Source: Zancudomyces culisetae HAW-14-8
Lineage: Eukaryota > Fungi > Kickxellomycota
Length of the DNA stretch: 64,000 nt
Assembly (NCBI GenBank): GCA_052426225.1
Contig: JBNJNM010000010.1
Span: 992,001 to 1,056,000, forward strand
Direction of reading: 5' to 3'
Below, piece by piece: positions 25,277-39,700 of the stretch; the first letter of the stretch is position 1; every line of letters starts with the position of its first letter. The position numbers and the translations under genes are program-made. Under the pieces are notes generated by a model. The model had not been told where the DNA came from, searched no databases, and was given only the letters and a program-made list of their open reading frames with translations.

Positions 25277-28149
25277 ATGGGAAAGAGAGGAGTTGACGAG
25301 TATATGGCAGATAATGCCGACGATAGGCTTGGAAATGTAAAATATAAATCGAGATTTTATTATTGTGTATATCTTTAATTATTTGCTCGGCAATATAAAG
25401 ACAAAATGAATAAGCAAAATGAAATAAATAATAAATGGTAATAATAGACTGATGACAGCTTCAAAAAATCGAGGGATGTCGAGTCAGCGAATGAAATGTA
25501 AGTTGTAACACCCGTACATTATTGATTTGGGAGGATATCTTTAAACCATATATAAAAGTAGTTTTAATGGGGAGGGGGAGATTGTATTGGATTTAATTTT
25601 TTGTTAACAAAAAGTTTTGATGGATTGATCTTGCTTGAGTAGAAAAAATCCGACAAGATCATTGTTTGGAACATCTCTAGGTGTAGCAGGAGGAACTGGG
25701 ATGGGACTGGGGAGTAGTTTCGGGAGTGGAGGTGGAGGACTTTTTGGAAATACAGGAGCAGGAGCAGGAGCAGGAGCCGGGACAGGCACAAAAGGATTCC
25801 AGGGATTTAGCTTTATGAAACCTGTAGCGACAGAAGGTAACAAACTATTAATACAGGGGATGTATAATTACAAGTAGATGTACAGGTAGAATGAGCGAAA
25901 TATAGCGATTAAAGATCTAAATTTTGAAAATATTGGCAATAGGGCTGAAAAAGGCAGAAGATAAAATTACGAGCTTGTTTGGTTCAGTGGCAAAGGAAGC
26001 AACAGTAAAACAAAACAGTGGTGTAGAAATAGGCGGCGGGGTATTCGGAACGAGTGCGAGTAAACCACAATTGTTTGGGTTTGCAAGCGGTGGGGGAACC
26101 GGAGGGATATTCGGGACGAAAATAGATAAAGCAACAAAGGACAAAGAGGAGGAGGAACTGGAGGGGTTGGCGATAGAACAAGAAATGGGTAAGAAGGAGG
26201 AGGCGGATGAAGAAGCGGATGGAGGGGAGGGAGAAGGATACCAATCTATGGAAGGAGAAGAGTATTCGGATGATGAAGGAGAGGAAGGAGAAGAGGAGGA
26301 AGAATCGGAAGAAGAAGAAGGTTTTATACTTGACGAGGATACAGGATGCAGTGAAGGTGCTGCAGACGAGGATAAAGGGGCAGGCATGGGAGCTACCAAG
26401 CAAGCTGGAGAAAAGGGAATGCGAGCAGAGAAAGATACGAATGCAAAGAAAAGCGGTGCTGACGAGCAACAAGCAGAGGGCCACGTTGGTAAAATCAAAG
26501 AGTATTTTATCAACTTGATGGGATTGAATTTGAGTTTTAGCCGGGCGTTGCAGCAGGCTTTGGATAATGACCCACTAAAAGACATTTCGTCGCTATTTGA
26601 TCAATACAAAGAGTACATGAAACAGTTGGACAGCAAATACCCAGAAATCAAAAAAGGTACAAAAAGCGAACAAGCCGTTGCATCACAGTCATCATTACCT
26701 TCATCATCTGTAGCACCATCGGTACCACCAACAGTGCCAACAAAGGAAGCTGTGGTAGGTAAAACAGACAGTTCCCAGCAAGGTTTTGGATTAGGCACAC
26801 GTACTGAAGAAAAGGGGTCGGTATTGAAAACCAACTTCAGCAGTGGCCTTGGAAGTTCCACAGGTATGCTATCCAATTCACTATTTGGATCAGCAAAAAC
26901 ATTGACCCCAACAACGACACAACCACAACCACAATCACAACCGCAAGAATCGGCATCTACCAATAGTATTTTTGGCTTTAAACCAAAAACAGTACCAAGC
27001 ACCAACTCTACCTCGTTGTTTGTACCTCCTAACCCAGTACAAGCTACAGAAACAGCAACAAAAACCAGTGGAACAACAGTAAATGCATCCAAACCAAAGT
27101 CGCTCTTTGGATCAAACATTCCAAGCACCACTCAACCCAAGTCTCTATTTGGAACCAATACTACCACTGCAACAGAGGGAAAGAGTTTATTTTCAAGCAA
27201 TGTTGGTTCAAACACAACCACAAACACAACCACAAACACAACAACAACATCAATTTTCGGTGCCAACAAGCCAACCACAGCCCCAACTGCTACTCCAACT
27301 TTATCCGAAACCAAACCAACTTCCCTGTTTGGATCTTTTGGATCTGTTCAAAAGCCCGATCAACCTGCCGCTTCTTTTGCCGCTTCTGCAAACACCACCG
27401 AAAACAAACCCGTCTTTGGATTTGGATCAGCTACATCTTCTGCTGCTTCTGAACCACGCCCATTATTCGGTGGTGCTAAACCCTTCGGTTCCGATGTCAA
27501 GCCTCTATTCAATACCTCATCGACATCAACATCTTCCGCCGTACCTCCTTCTAAATTCTCCTTCGGTGGTGGATTTACTTCTTCAGCTTCCACCCTGCCG
27601 TCCCAACCTTCGTTGTTTGGTGGAGCACAACTACCACAACATTCTTCTCTGGTAATGCCTCAATCCACTGCTCCAACTGCACAGAAACAAGAGGATCAAC
27701 AAGACGATGATGAGGAAGACGATCCTGAGAAAAAACAAGAAAAAGAATACAATGCCAAAATGCAGGAACTAGCCAGTGTTCCTGGCGTCGGCGAAGAAAA
27801 CGAAGACCAACTATTTAACAACCGAGTAAAGCTATACAAATTCAACACGGATACAAAGGCGTTTGTGGATTTGGGCATTGGGTACTTTAGAATAAATGTC
27901 AACAAATCTGACAAGAAAAAGGCTCGCCTCCTGTGCCGCCAAGAGGGCTCAAACAAAGTAACTATGAATGCTAGCGTGTACAAAAAAATGTCAGCAGAAC
28001 ACAAGGCTGGAACAAAGGACACAAGCATTGTGGTGCTTAGCCAAGAGGATAAAGAACCAAAACTTGCTAAATTCACTGTGCGAACCAAAACTGTAGAGTT
28101 AGCTGACGAATTGTATAGAACTATTATTGATTTGAGAGATTCTCTTTGA
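25277..28149 (+). CDS. Nup2/Nup50-like FG nucleoporin with C-terminal Ran-binding domain (4 exons)
   Basis: Exons 25277-25336, 25448-25497, 25643-25836, 25943-28149 splice in frame (MGKRGVDEY..); many SLFG/FG repeats; RanBD motif GEENEDQLFNNRVKLYKF..DLGIGYFRIN..ARLLCRQEG. Confidence 0.85.
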
Positions 28150-28399
28150 TTTCTCTTGCCTTTCCCCCCTCCCCCCCCACTTCCCTACCCTCTCTTTTAC
28201 TTTTACTTTTATTGATTTTTATCACTTATTATTTTATTTCGGTTATTTACGCTTCCCTCTTCACTTTTTTCTCCCTTTTTTACGCAACTTGACTTTATAT
28301 TATAAATCTAATTTAATTTTTTAGCTATTAATTTCGCATGGATCAAAAATTAAATCACCAAATCTAATCCTAACTAGCAAAAATCGACAACAGGCAATT

Positions 28400-28548
28400 A
28401 TCACGTGGTTTACATGTATTTTTAGTAATAGTAAAAGGTTTTTTTTTGGTTTGAATAAAAAATTTTTATTGGATAGTTATTGAGGATTTGTATATATATT
28501 TTATTGTTGATTAAATCAATTAATTGTAAAAAAAAAAATTTTTTTTTA
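28400..28548 (+). promoter_or_regulatory. Putative DBP3 promoter elements: CACGTG E-box and RRPE-like AnTn tracts
   Basis: tcacgtgg at 28401; aaaaaattttt near 28457 and A11-T9 near 28527, upstream of a ribosome-biogenesis gene. Confidence 0.35.
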
Positions 28549-28653
28549 ATTATTTTTTGCCTATAATAGTGATTCTGGTGGACAAACTAATATACGTACT
28601 GTAAATAACTAACCTCAACGACTAGAACTTTATTTTAAAAAAAGGGAGTAAAG

Positions 28654-30756
28654 ATGGCAAAAGAATTACAAAAAGATAAAAAGGCAAAAAAACAACACAA
28701 GAAGGAAAAGTCTGTGGAGCCTGTTCAAAATGAAAATGGAAATGGAAATGGAAATGTAGAAGAAAAGCGCGAAAAAAAGGGTAAAAGAAAGAATGGAGAG
28801 CAACAACTAGAGCAAGATAAAAAGGTATCTGTTGATTCCAATAAGAAGGCTAAACTAGAAAATGGTCAGAATAAGAATAAGAATAACAAGAAAAGCAAGA
28901 AAGAAAATAAAGGGGAAAAACAGAATGTTGCCAGCGATAAGAGCAGTGAGGAACAAGAAAAGAGTACAACTGAATCAGAACACCAAACTAATGCTGAGGC
29001 TGAAGCTGAAGCTGAGGATGGATCGAGGCAGTACAAGATTGCAATTTCTGAACTCATAACCAATAAGGAGCTTAGCGAGAATGACCCGGATCTTCGACGA
29101 ATTCGCAACTTTTCGGAACTAGCTGTGGACGCCCGAATTGTGACTGGGCTGGAATCTTTATACAAAGAGCCAACCACGGTCCAAGGTGTGTGTTGGGGTG
29201 CCATGATTTCAAAGAATGTAAATACGAATAGCAGTAATGATGGAAGCAAAGATGTAGTGGTGATTTCCGAGACTGGATCAGGAAAGACTATGGGATACAT
29301 GGTTCCAGCAATTCAAAAAGTGCTTAAAAGCAAAAAAGCTCAAGGAAATGGTAAAAACAAAAACAATGGTAAAGGCAAAGGCAAAGGTGACAAGTTCGGA
29401 AACAGAGGAGTGGTAGCAGAACCAAGTATTTTGGTAGTTGCACCAACCAGAGAGCTGGCGATCCAGATCCAAAAGGCAGCCCAACAGCTGGTAACAGCAA
29501 TGAATGAATCTGCCTCATCAAAGACCAGTGGGAATATCGACATCAAAGTAAGCGTAGTCTATGGTGGAGTAAACAAACACGAACAACTGCGTGAGATTTC
29601 CGGAGCAGATGTCATTGTTTGTACTCCAGGACGACTGTTGGATTATTTGCGAGCAGAGAACAGCAGCTATTCTTCAGATAAACAGTATGGCCAACAAAAC
29701 CAGTCGTATCAGAATAAATCACAGGCAGCTGTCAACCTCGATAATGTCGAAATGCTGGTTCTAGATGAAGCTGATAGAATGTTGGATAAGGGATTTGAGG
29801 CCGATATCAAAGAAATATACGACGCTTGTGGCAAAAGTACAAACCCAACCGAAACCAAAAGGCTGCAAGTTGCTATGTTTAGTGCCACCTGGCCCGAAAG
29901 CATCCGTAAGCTAGCCAGAGAATTCCTTTGTGTCCAGAGCCACTCTGGTGTTAAAATTACAATTTCCAACCAATCTAGTGATTCTTCCGTAAATCTCAAT
30001 GTCAAACAGCAAGTAATTGTCATGGAACGATTCGATAAGAACCAACGGCTAATGAAACTTTTGCGGGAAATCTCCGCATCTGTAAGCAACAAAGGCAAAA
30101 ACAACAGTAATGGTATCAATGGTGCAAAAATCATTGTCTTTGTCCTATACAAAAACGAAGCTGTTCACCTGACCAGATTCCTACAGGACAACTTGTTAAA
30201 AAATAACTCGGCAATACCCTGCTGTTGTTGCTGTTGTATCCACGGTGATATGTCTCAGCAACAACGCCTTGAGTCGCTCGAGCGATTCACCACATCGTTG
30301 ACTTCGTCTAATGGCAACAAAAAGAATAATAGCAGATCCAGCTACCATCAACATGGCGGCGATGAAGGTCTTAGCATTCTCATTGCTACCGATGTCGCTG
30401 CTAGAGGTCTCGACATTCCCGATGTCCACACAGTAATCAACTACACCTTCCCTCTGACCATTGATGACTATATTCATCGTATTGGCCGTACTGGGCGCTC
30501 AGGTAAAACCGGAAACAGTGTCACTTTCTTCACCAAAGATGACAAAGCATTGGCTGGAAGTCTTATAAATGTTCTAAGGCAACAACAAAAACACATATCC
30601 AAAAATGGCAGCTCTGACGATGACAATGCGGATAGTGGCGTACCTGAAGACTTGTTGAAGTTTGGTAGTACCGTCAAAAAGAAGCAACACTCAACATACG
30701 GTGCTTTCTATAAAGAAGTAGACACTTCTGTCAAGGGCAAAAAAATCATATTCTAG
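28654..30756 (+). CDS. DBP3: ATP-dependent DEAD-box RNA helicase Dbp3
   Basis: ETGSGKT, PTRELA, TPGRL, DEAD, SAT, HRIGRTGR; Lys-rich N-terminus; Dbp3-type tail FGSTVKKKQHSTYGAFYK. Confidence 0.93.
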   Translation: MAKELQKDKKAKKQHKKEKSVEPVQNENGNGNGNVEEKREKKGKRKNGEQQLEQDKKVSVDSNKKAKLENGQNKNKNNKKSKKENKGEKQNVASDKSSEEQEKSTTESEHQTNAEAEAEAEDGSRQYKIAISELITNKELSENDPDLRRIRNFSELAVDARIVTGLESLYKEPTTVQGVCWGAMISKNVNTNSSNDGSKDVVVISETGSGKTMGYMVPAIQKVLKSKKAQGNGKNKNNGKGKGKGDKFGNRGVVAEPSILVVAPTRELAIQIQKAAQQLVTAMNESASSKTSGNIDIKVSVVYGGVNKHEQLREISGADVIVCTPGRLLDYLRAENSSYSSDKQYGQQNQSYQNKSQAAVNLDNVEMLVLDEADRMLDKGFEADIKEIYDACGKSTNPTETKRLQVAMFSATWPESIRKLAREFLCVQSHSGVKITISNQSSDSSVNLNVKQQVIVMERFDKNQRLMKLLREISASVSNKGKNNSNGINGAKIIVFVLYKNEAVHLTRFLQDNLLKNNSAIPCCCCCCIHGDMSQQQRLESLERFTTSLTSSNGNKKNNSRSSYHQHGGDEGLSILIATDVAARGLDIPDVHTVINYTFPLTIDDYIHRIGRTGRSGKTGNSVTFFTKDDKALAGSLINVLRQQQKHISKNGSSDDDNADSGVPEDLLKFGSTVKKKQHSTYGAFYKEVDTSVKGKKIIF

Positions 30757-30946
30757 TTTTTCTTTTTTATTATTCAAAATCAAGATTCTTTGTAAATCAA
30801 CCTTAGTCATAATAAATATACTCTCTCATTACTATATATTATTTGGTTTTTTTGTTTTTTTTTTACTAAAAAGCTTAAACCATTCTCCTTTAATACTCCA
30901 TCACCACACTACACCAATTTTTCTCTTTCCTTTGTATAACGGATTT

Positions 30947-31762
<816 letters not shown>

Positions 31763-33069
31763 TTTTGACTAGAATATCCGTTGCTTTTTGTTTGGCTATT
31801 GATTCTTTGTGTTTAGAACTGGATTGTAAAGATGTTTAATGAAACTCTAACTTATTCTTTAATACTTTAAAGGTCAAGAATAAAAGACTCTTTTTAAATA
31901 CCACCAGAAATATACGGTTTTGTTTTCAAATTACTCTAGTTTCCATAATCTAGCTCAATTTTCCCCCTGCATTAGCACTAAATCCCAAAACCTTACTCAA
32001 CTCCACCTGTACTTTACGCCTTTTTTGATTGATAAAAACTTTGCCACAAATTTATTACAAAAATAATATAAAAGTATATGCTGCCAAATCACCTGGTAAA
32101 AATATTAGCAAATCACAAAGATTTATGGCTACAATATAAAGTTAGTGTTTAAAAAAAATTTTTTTAATATTGTTTTTTTAGTTTATTTTAAATTTCTGCC
32201 TTTCATAAACGCCGTGTTAATTGTAAGTGCGGATAAAAAAAAAGCAAATTAAAAAATTTTTCGGGCTACAAATTTTCCTAAATCTTACATATTTGTGGAA
32301 AAAAAAAATTTTTTTTATCACAATTTACAAGCAGGCAAATCGTGCCATACCATACCTTACCATGTCATACCAAACTAAACACTATTTATCATGACTCTTA
32401 TGGATTGGATTGAATAGTATATGATTTACAGATTCAATCACTCCTTTTCCCAATATGTTGAAAAACGTCGCTTCTGCCTTGTCATTGCAGCAAAAAAAGT
32501 ATATCAATGAGTTTTATTTTTACTTCTGACATGTATCTAGTTTTTACCACTTCTTGTCTGTGCAAACATCATGTTGTGGGTGACGTGCAATAGGCAGATA
32601 AAGTCATTTTTTCTTTTTACTAATTTCCCTGCTTCTTTAAACTCTGGTTTATCAATACACATCTTGGGAATTGCCGCAACAATTATGGAAATGAATACTT
32701 GATAATATAAATTGGGTTATCAGCTGATCGATTCATCTACTGGCTCTAATTATTTCTCTACTCTCAATATAAATTAAGCGTGGTATTCTTTTTTATGTTC
32801 AAATCACACGCTCTATTTCGACTCCGTGTTGTCTGATTATGTTGTTGGACAAATAACATGTTCAGGTTTTGTCGTATATTTCCCGCCAGATGCATTTATC
32901 ATCGGCATATTGTCAGAAATCGTGTAGATCTGGGACATTTCCCAACCCCACACCACATCCCTTTGTCACACAAACACACATAACTTCAAACCCGTCAGCT
33001 TTTTTGATTTTTTGACAATTGATACAATTAGTATTTGTCTTGAAAAATAGGGTTATTTAGAAATAATAT

Positions 33070-34968
33070 TTAAATATGTAGATGTACTAATCTTAAAAAC
33101 AATCTCAAAAAGTAAAGCAAAAGCTTAAAGTTCATCTTAACCGCTATATATGCCAGCACTACAAAAAATATACATATTATTAGATTCCCCACAGAAATTC
33201 CAATGTCTTTTGTCTCTATAACTGTGTGGTTGTCAGTATCACCACTTTCAATTGGAAATTTTACATGTTCATAAAAGTATGTCATCAACTCGTCCTTCTC
33301 ATAAAATATATCCAAAAGCCATTTCTTAAAACGCTCCTGGTCATTTATTGGTGGGTAATCTCCATTTTCCTCGAGCTTATACCGCCTAACTAAGATATGG
33401 GCTTGTTTTGGGTATATAAATCTTGAAAACATTTTTACTATTGGATAGCTGTATTCCGGACACTTATGCTTTGTTAGTCCCGAGTAACCAATTGTAAAAT
33501 CGTACATGTATCTAAACTCACTCTCTTTCCTTTTAGATTGGAGTTTTTTAATCATGTAGTACAGCCCGGTGGATCTTGGAATCAGAGTATATTTCGTTTT
33601 TTCCTATTTTTATTAGTTTACACTTAACTTTACTAACACTATCCGCTCCCCCAAAGTGCAAACCATTTTTAACTACACATGTATATTACCAATATTATAC
33701 CAGACACCTTCATGACTATATTTGTAAATATGAAGGGTATTAATTGTTTTGATCGCTTACATAATTGTGTTTTTCTGCGTATTCGTCTGATATTTTCATG
33801 AATTTCGGATTTACAGTCGTTCCCTCCGGGAATAATACAATAAACTTCCTTCTATTTGTCCTTAACAAATCATCCAACTGTTCCTCGATTCTCTTTTGAT
33901 CATGGTCCCATGATCTCTTCACAAAGATCATACCCAGCAATTTAAGTCCCCTTTTAATTTATGATAATATTGCAAATATTATAACCTATGCATCAACTTT
34001 CAATTTCCTTTAAAAGATTGGTTGTGTAAATGATGGACTTACAGCCCTACAAATGGTAAGTTTTGCATCTCTTCTTTACATACAAACTTCATAAAACTAC
34101 CACATGATTCCAAATATGCCAGCATCCTATTTTGTTATTTTGTTATTTTGTTATTTTATATTTTGTTATTTTATTATTACTGTAAATCTTTATATCAATT
34201 GTGTAAAGTAGTGATAGCATTATTATGAGTATATATTCCAATATGAAACATTGATCTCAACAAAAGCACCATTATATTATTAATATAATTAATAATAAAA
34301 ACTATATTCGTTAGTACTGCTCTTACCACAAATTTGCCCAGTCCGTGTAAATCTATTTACAGTTGAAATGCGTTAGTAAGTTTGATAACTACCCAAAAGT
34401 ATTATGCATAACAATATAGTTTCCCCTATGTATACAATAAAACGCCGCCTTTTTCCTAAATGATATATTTCTATCACATCCATCTTATTTGGATAGGACT
34501 CTTAAGCATTTATGTAGGTATATAGTTTTAAAATGTGAATACAACACATAAAAACACACAGATCCTACATATAGCAAAATTATATATAAAAAAGAAAAGG
34601 GAGGACAAGCGTATGTGTGAAAAGTAGGATTGAGGAGGAGAATGTAAACTCACCTGGTGATTAGATATTCCAATAGTTGTTTCTTTACAAGCATACTCCA
34701 ACCATTTTACCCTTCCCTGATTATCAGTATTGAAATCACGTTTGTTTCCATAGAGTACTAGCTGAGAAGGTACCAAGGTTCCAAATGTTGTTCGTAAATA
34801 CAAACCAAACAAACTTTGAACTACTTCGTCGATTCGTTCTTTTAGTTCAATGCTGAATGGTCTTATCAAGAATTGCGAAACGAGTTGAAGCCATAAATAT
34901 GGAAGTATTGAGGGGATAAACCATAGCCCAACCACCACTAATCTTGATATTTCTGCAGCTCGTCCCAT
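33070..34968 (-). CDS. PlsC-family lysophospholipid acyltransferase (CST26/LCLAT1-like), 5 exons
   Basis: Exons 34968-34654, 34352-34327, 34126-34043, 33950-33761, 33603-33070 give NHQIYTDW, FVKR, LFPEGT, LIPRSTG, YDFTIGY. Confidence 0.92.
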
Positions 34969-35822
34969 TCTCCCGTCTGCCCTATGTATTATTTTATGTC
35001 TAACAATGTATCTGGCGATTCTTTTTAACTCTTTTCCAGGCTGATTTATGATATCTCGCGCACGAAAAACAGGATTAAATATCGTGGTGACAATGTTTGA
35101 TTAATCTCTCGGTATTTTGTTCAGGCTTTTACTTGTTCTTCGACATTTGAATGTAACTTTTTTTATTTATTTATTTTTCTTGCAAAGAATTAGACCTGTG
35201 TCTCGGTACTTTATTCTCGTTATTACAGCCTAATTTCCTCCGTCAGACTATTATATCTTATTTTAAGCTAATTCGGCCTTTGAAATAAAATATTATTGCA
35301 GTTATTTTAAACTCACTTTTTTCGTTCTGCTAAATTTGTGCTAGTAACTCGAGCAAATGAAAAATAATTTTTTTTGACCTTTCTGACCATGTAATTTTTT
35401 TAGGAACGCGATATTTAAACATTAAAGTTGTTCTGGATTTAGTTAGTTTAACCTTTTTTGCTATTTCCCCAAATAAAATCACCACCACCACCACCTCCTC
35501 CTCCTCTTGTCAACACTACTATGGCTTGAAACAAGAAATTAATATTGAGGTTAAAAAACACATATTTAGATGAAAACATTATATATGCATATTCGAGAGT
35601 TAGCTCAATGGTGGTCAATTTGTTGAATTCGCTCCATCTATTATAAACCCATTAGCCCAAGATCCAGCCCTTTCAAACCTCATTTCTTGTGTATCCCCCT
35701 CTAGATTAAATAGGTCTGGAGACATTCCCAACCACAATTTACGGAAAGAATGGTGAACCCGGTGTAACGCTTAGCCAAGTGGTAATTTCTGCCTTCACTT
35801 TCATTATTCATGCACTGCTGCA

Positions 35823-36138
35823 TCCTTCCTCCTTCCTCCTTCCTCCTTCCTCCTTCCTCCTTCCTCCTTCCTCCTTCCTCCTTCCTCCTTCCTCCTTCCT
35901 CCTTCCTCCTTCCTCCTTCCTCCTTCCTCCTTCCTCCTTCCTCCTTCCTCCTTCCTCCTTCCTCCTTCCTCCTTCCTCCTTCCTCCTTCCTCCTTCCTCC
36001 TTCCTCCTTCCTCCTTCCTCCTTCCTCCTTCCTCCTTCCTACTTCCTACTTCCTCCTTCCTCCTTCCTCCTTCCTACTTCCTCCTTCCTACTTCCTCCTT
36101 CCTACTTCCTACTTCCTACTTCCTACTTCCTACTTCCT
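35823..36138. repeat. 7-bp satellite (TCCTTCC)n grading into (TACTTCC)n, about 45 units
   Basis: Seen directly; an almost pure pyrimidine tract on +. Confidence 0.98.
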
Positions 36139-36783
36139 TTTTCTTTTCCTTCATTGTTATTTTTTTCTGGCGACATGGTACTGCTCCTTGCAAATCAATT
36201 GATTACTTTTACTTTTTGAGTATACATTCTCATGTTCATTCTTTTACACATTAACTTTAACGAGGTTGTTGAAAAGCAGTCATTGCTGTTAGTTCTCAAA
36301 CTTCTTTTGGGAACAAGTGTTTTACCACACAATAAATATTATTCACTGTTTCTTATGTAACCTGATTGGGATAATTCGATGAAGATTCTTTGTGTATTAC
36401 CCAAAATCACATTTATCATTATTACAGTTACAAAAAATAGAAGAGGGAAAAAGCTATACAGCATCATAATAATATACTTTATTAACTCCAACTGAAAAGA
36501 ATTGATCCAATTTTATCTGCGGTCTTTCAAACTCTGGTTAAATTTTTTGTTTTTAAATGATCAACTTGCTAAAGTTTGAATAGTATTAAATATGTGATTT
36601 TAAAAGAACATAAATATAATAAATAAAAATCTTCTTTAAAGTACAACATTAAGCTTCTATACATATAAATTGGATGAAAAACCTCAGAGTCAATGCAGTT
36701 GCATTCACATGTACACAAATGTAGGTATGAAAAAAAAAAGAACTAATAAACAAATTCAGTGGGTACTCCTCTTGGGACCACCA

Positions 36784-39700
36784 TTACCTTTTTTTTTTTG
36801 GTTTTTTACTATTGTTCTGAAACATTTCTTTAAGAATTTTATCATTTTTTTCCTGTAATTTTGTTTCAAATTCGCTATAACCGCCACTACTTGTCAGCTC
36901 TGTTTGCTTTAACATTGAGCTGTCAACAAAAGAAGCCAACTCTTTTCCAAATTCTGAGGACTCTTTTGGGTCCGCTGTCAGTTTTCGCAGCCTTTCGGAC
37001 TGCTCTAAAGCATCCACTCTTTGTTGGTGGTTGACATTCAGTAACTGTATCTCGGTTAACACATTCGATCTTGCAGCTGTTAGTAAATCCCGATCCTCTG
37101 CATCAACAACATGTAAGGCTGTCATCGGAATTCTCTTCGTATAGTTCTGCGAGGTTTTCAGTTCTATGACCTGGTTTATTTTTCCAAGAACATCTTCCAG
37201 AGTAGATACATCAGTTAATAGAACACTTAACTCACCATTTACGTGTTTAACAAACTGTTGCTCGGATACAATGTTTTTCAGCTCACACTCCCATGTTTTT
37301 TTCCATGAATCGCAAGTGGAAGAAATAAATGCTGCCAAATCCTGAGCAGATGTTTTGATGAATGCCAACTCTGAGGCAGACTTGTCCAATAAATCTTGCG
37401 ATGGAATCGATCCTCGTGCTACAACATCTTTTCTTAGCTCGTTTATCAGAATTTCAGAGTCAGTCATTTTCAGCGCTAGGTCATTGTACGTAGTCTTTAG
37501 TCGCAACTTCCCGTCGTTTAGGCTGACCCTTCCTGGATGAATAATTTCAGAAGTAGCTGATTGCTGCCTTTCAGAGCCTAACACTGTTAACGACTCCACC
37601 TGGTTATGTGCCTTATTCAATTGTTCCTCTAGTCTTTTTATGTTACTGCTACTGACCTCAACCTGGGTATTCAGGCTGTTAACTTTTGCCATTAATGCCT
37701 GGTTCTCTTTTTTTAGATTCTCTATCTCTTTTTCTTTGCTTTTGCTGGCTAGGATCGCATCTTCCACAAGTTTTAATGTCGCCGAATTATCAGATTGAGA
37801 CGCTTCTCCTTGAATAGAAGATCTGCCAATTTGAGTGTTGCTACTGCCACTGTCACTATTCCTATTTAAATGGCTTGTGGTTTCTTCATGCATATACTTT
37901 TCCAACACATTTCTCGATAGCTCCTCCGTCCTAACTTTTAGTACATGTTCGAGTTTGCTGGCCAATTCCACCTGTAGCGAATTAAATACATACAACTTTA
38001 AATCCTGAATATCTTTGCGAATAGCATGTATATTTTCATCTGGTGCTGTGCGCGCGGAAGCAAAGTCTCGATTCCGTCTTTCTGGCGCTACATCTCCTTG
38101 ATGTGCGCTTAGGTAAAGTACAGGTGACTTCAAGCTTGGTGTGTTTATCCCACCATTTGGTTCCCATTCATGGTTTAATCTTATAACTGAACCTTCTTTT
38201 AGTGCCGAATAATCACTGAGCTCTTCAAATATGTTGCTTCGACCATTCCATATTGAGAATTTTGGTATTTCTGAATTGTTCACTACATTCAATTCATTGG
38301 GAAAATTTTGCAAAAACAAGTTATAAAGCCCCATCTTGTTTATCACGTTTGAAGCGTATGTCTGTTTAATTTGATCTCCCATCTGCAAAAATACTTTAGA
38401 TTTGTTTGTTTTAATTTCGGATCCCGCTCCTGTTAAGCTAGACAAGTTTATTTGCCGAACAACCCTAGGTGCTTTGTTTTGTGCATGCTTTTCTGCTTGT
38501 TCACCGGTTCCACTCTTCAAAACACCACTTACAGCCCCTCTCTGTTTGTAGTCTTCGTACCCCCCTTTAATTAAATCACCATCACTAATTTTCTCTGTTC
38601 TTTCAGAAAAGATTGTACTCGTATTAAACAGTTGGTTTGCTAAGGAATCTTCTGTTCTTCTACCGGTGCTAGAATTTTCAAGAGTTCTGTCTTCACTTTT
38701 TAAATTAACCCTATCCGCCGATAACTTTAAATCAGTTGCCATCTTCTTACTGTTTTCAAGTGATAGGAGCTCCGATTCATTCTCAAGCCCAGCACCAATA
38801 GTGTTATTCCTTGAAAGTCTAAACTTTAACGTCGAGGCCCGGATTCTGTCATTTGATAAATCCTCTTTTTCGTTCAGATCAACTTCAGTACTAATTTTTA
38901 TCTCCCCTGTTTCTAGTTTTTTGCACCCAATACTTTCCCTTCTAAAATAATAATCCGGAATTATGTTTTTTGACGGTCGTTTCGGTATTGGAGGTGGAAT
39001 TGTACCCTTTGTCATGACCCCTATTTCATGGCTAAACGGCCGACCTTTAGTATCGGTTTGATCACCCACATCCAGTAACTGAGCTACCTCGCCACTTTTT
39101 CTAGGTTGCGGTTGACTGTCGACATCTTGTCTTGTCTCTGCATCTTTTGTAACACCTTTTTGTACATCTGTTCCTGTACCTTCACCACTTTTCCTCATTG
39201 GAACATACCCCTCCCAATTTTCCTCGATAATATTTTTTCTATTAGCTTTATAGTCATCTACTCTTTTACTTTGAAAAGGGTCCCGCTCTTTACTTGTACC
39301 ATCCGACACATTTTCAGCTCTAATGTTATTAATTGTAGCACTTCTCTCGCGTTGAGTCTCACTTATAGTGTTCATTTCGCTTTCAGTATTTGCCATTTCT
39401 ATATTTTTTACTGCTGGTAGTTCTTTGTTTAAATTTTCCCTGTACTTGGTCTCGTTCATACCATGAAACTCGAGCATATCTTGGCCACCATCAGAAATTT
39501 TTCTCCTTAAAGGAATATGCTTGTTTTGATTCGAATGTGGTATATGAAATAAATCGTTAGAATTCGTTATGGATTTTGCTTCCCGCCCATACAGTTTATG
39601 GGATTTATCCCTATAATATTGCATATTGTCTTCATAGACCCCTTTCTCACCAGGCGTTCTTGGTGCTTTGTCTGATACATTATATTTCTGAACGTCACTT

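Noticed and set aside
35595-35790. Two tRNA A-box-like strings (TAGCTCAATGGT, TAGCCAAGTGGTAA)
   Set aside because: No properly spaced B-box or cloverleaf.
35779-36219. ORFs of (LLPPSSF)n
   Set aside because: Translation artefacts of the stop-free heptamer satellite.
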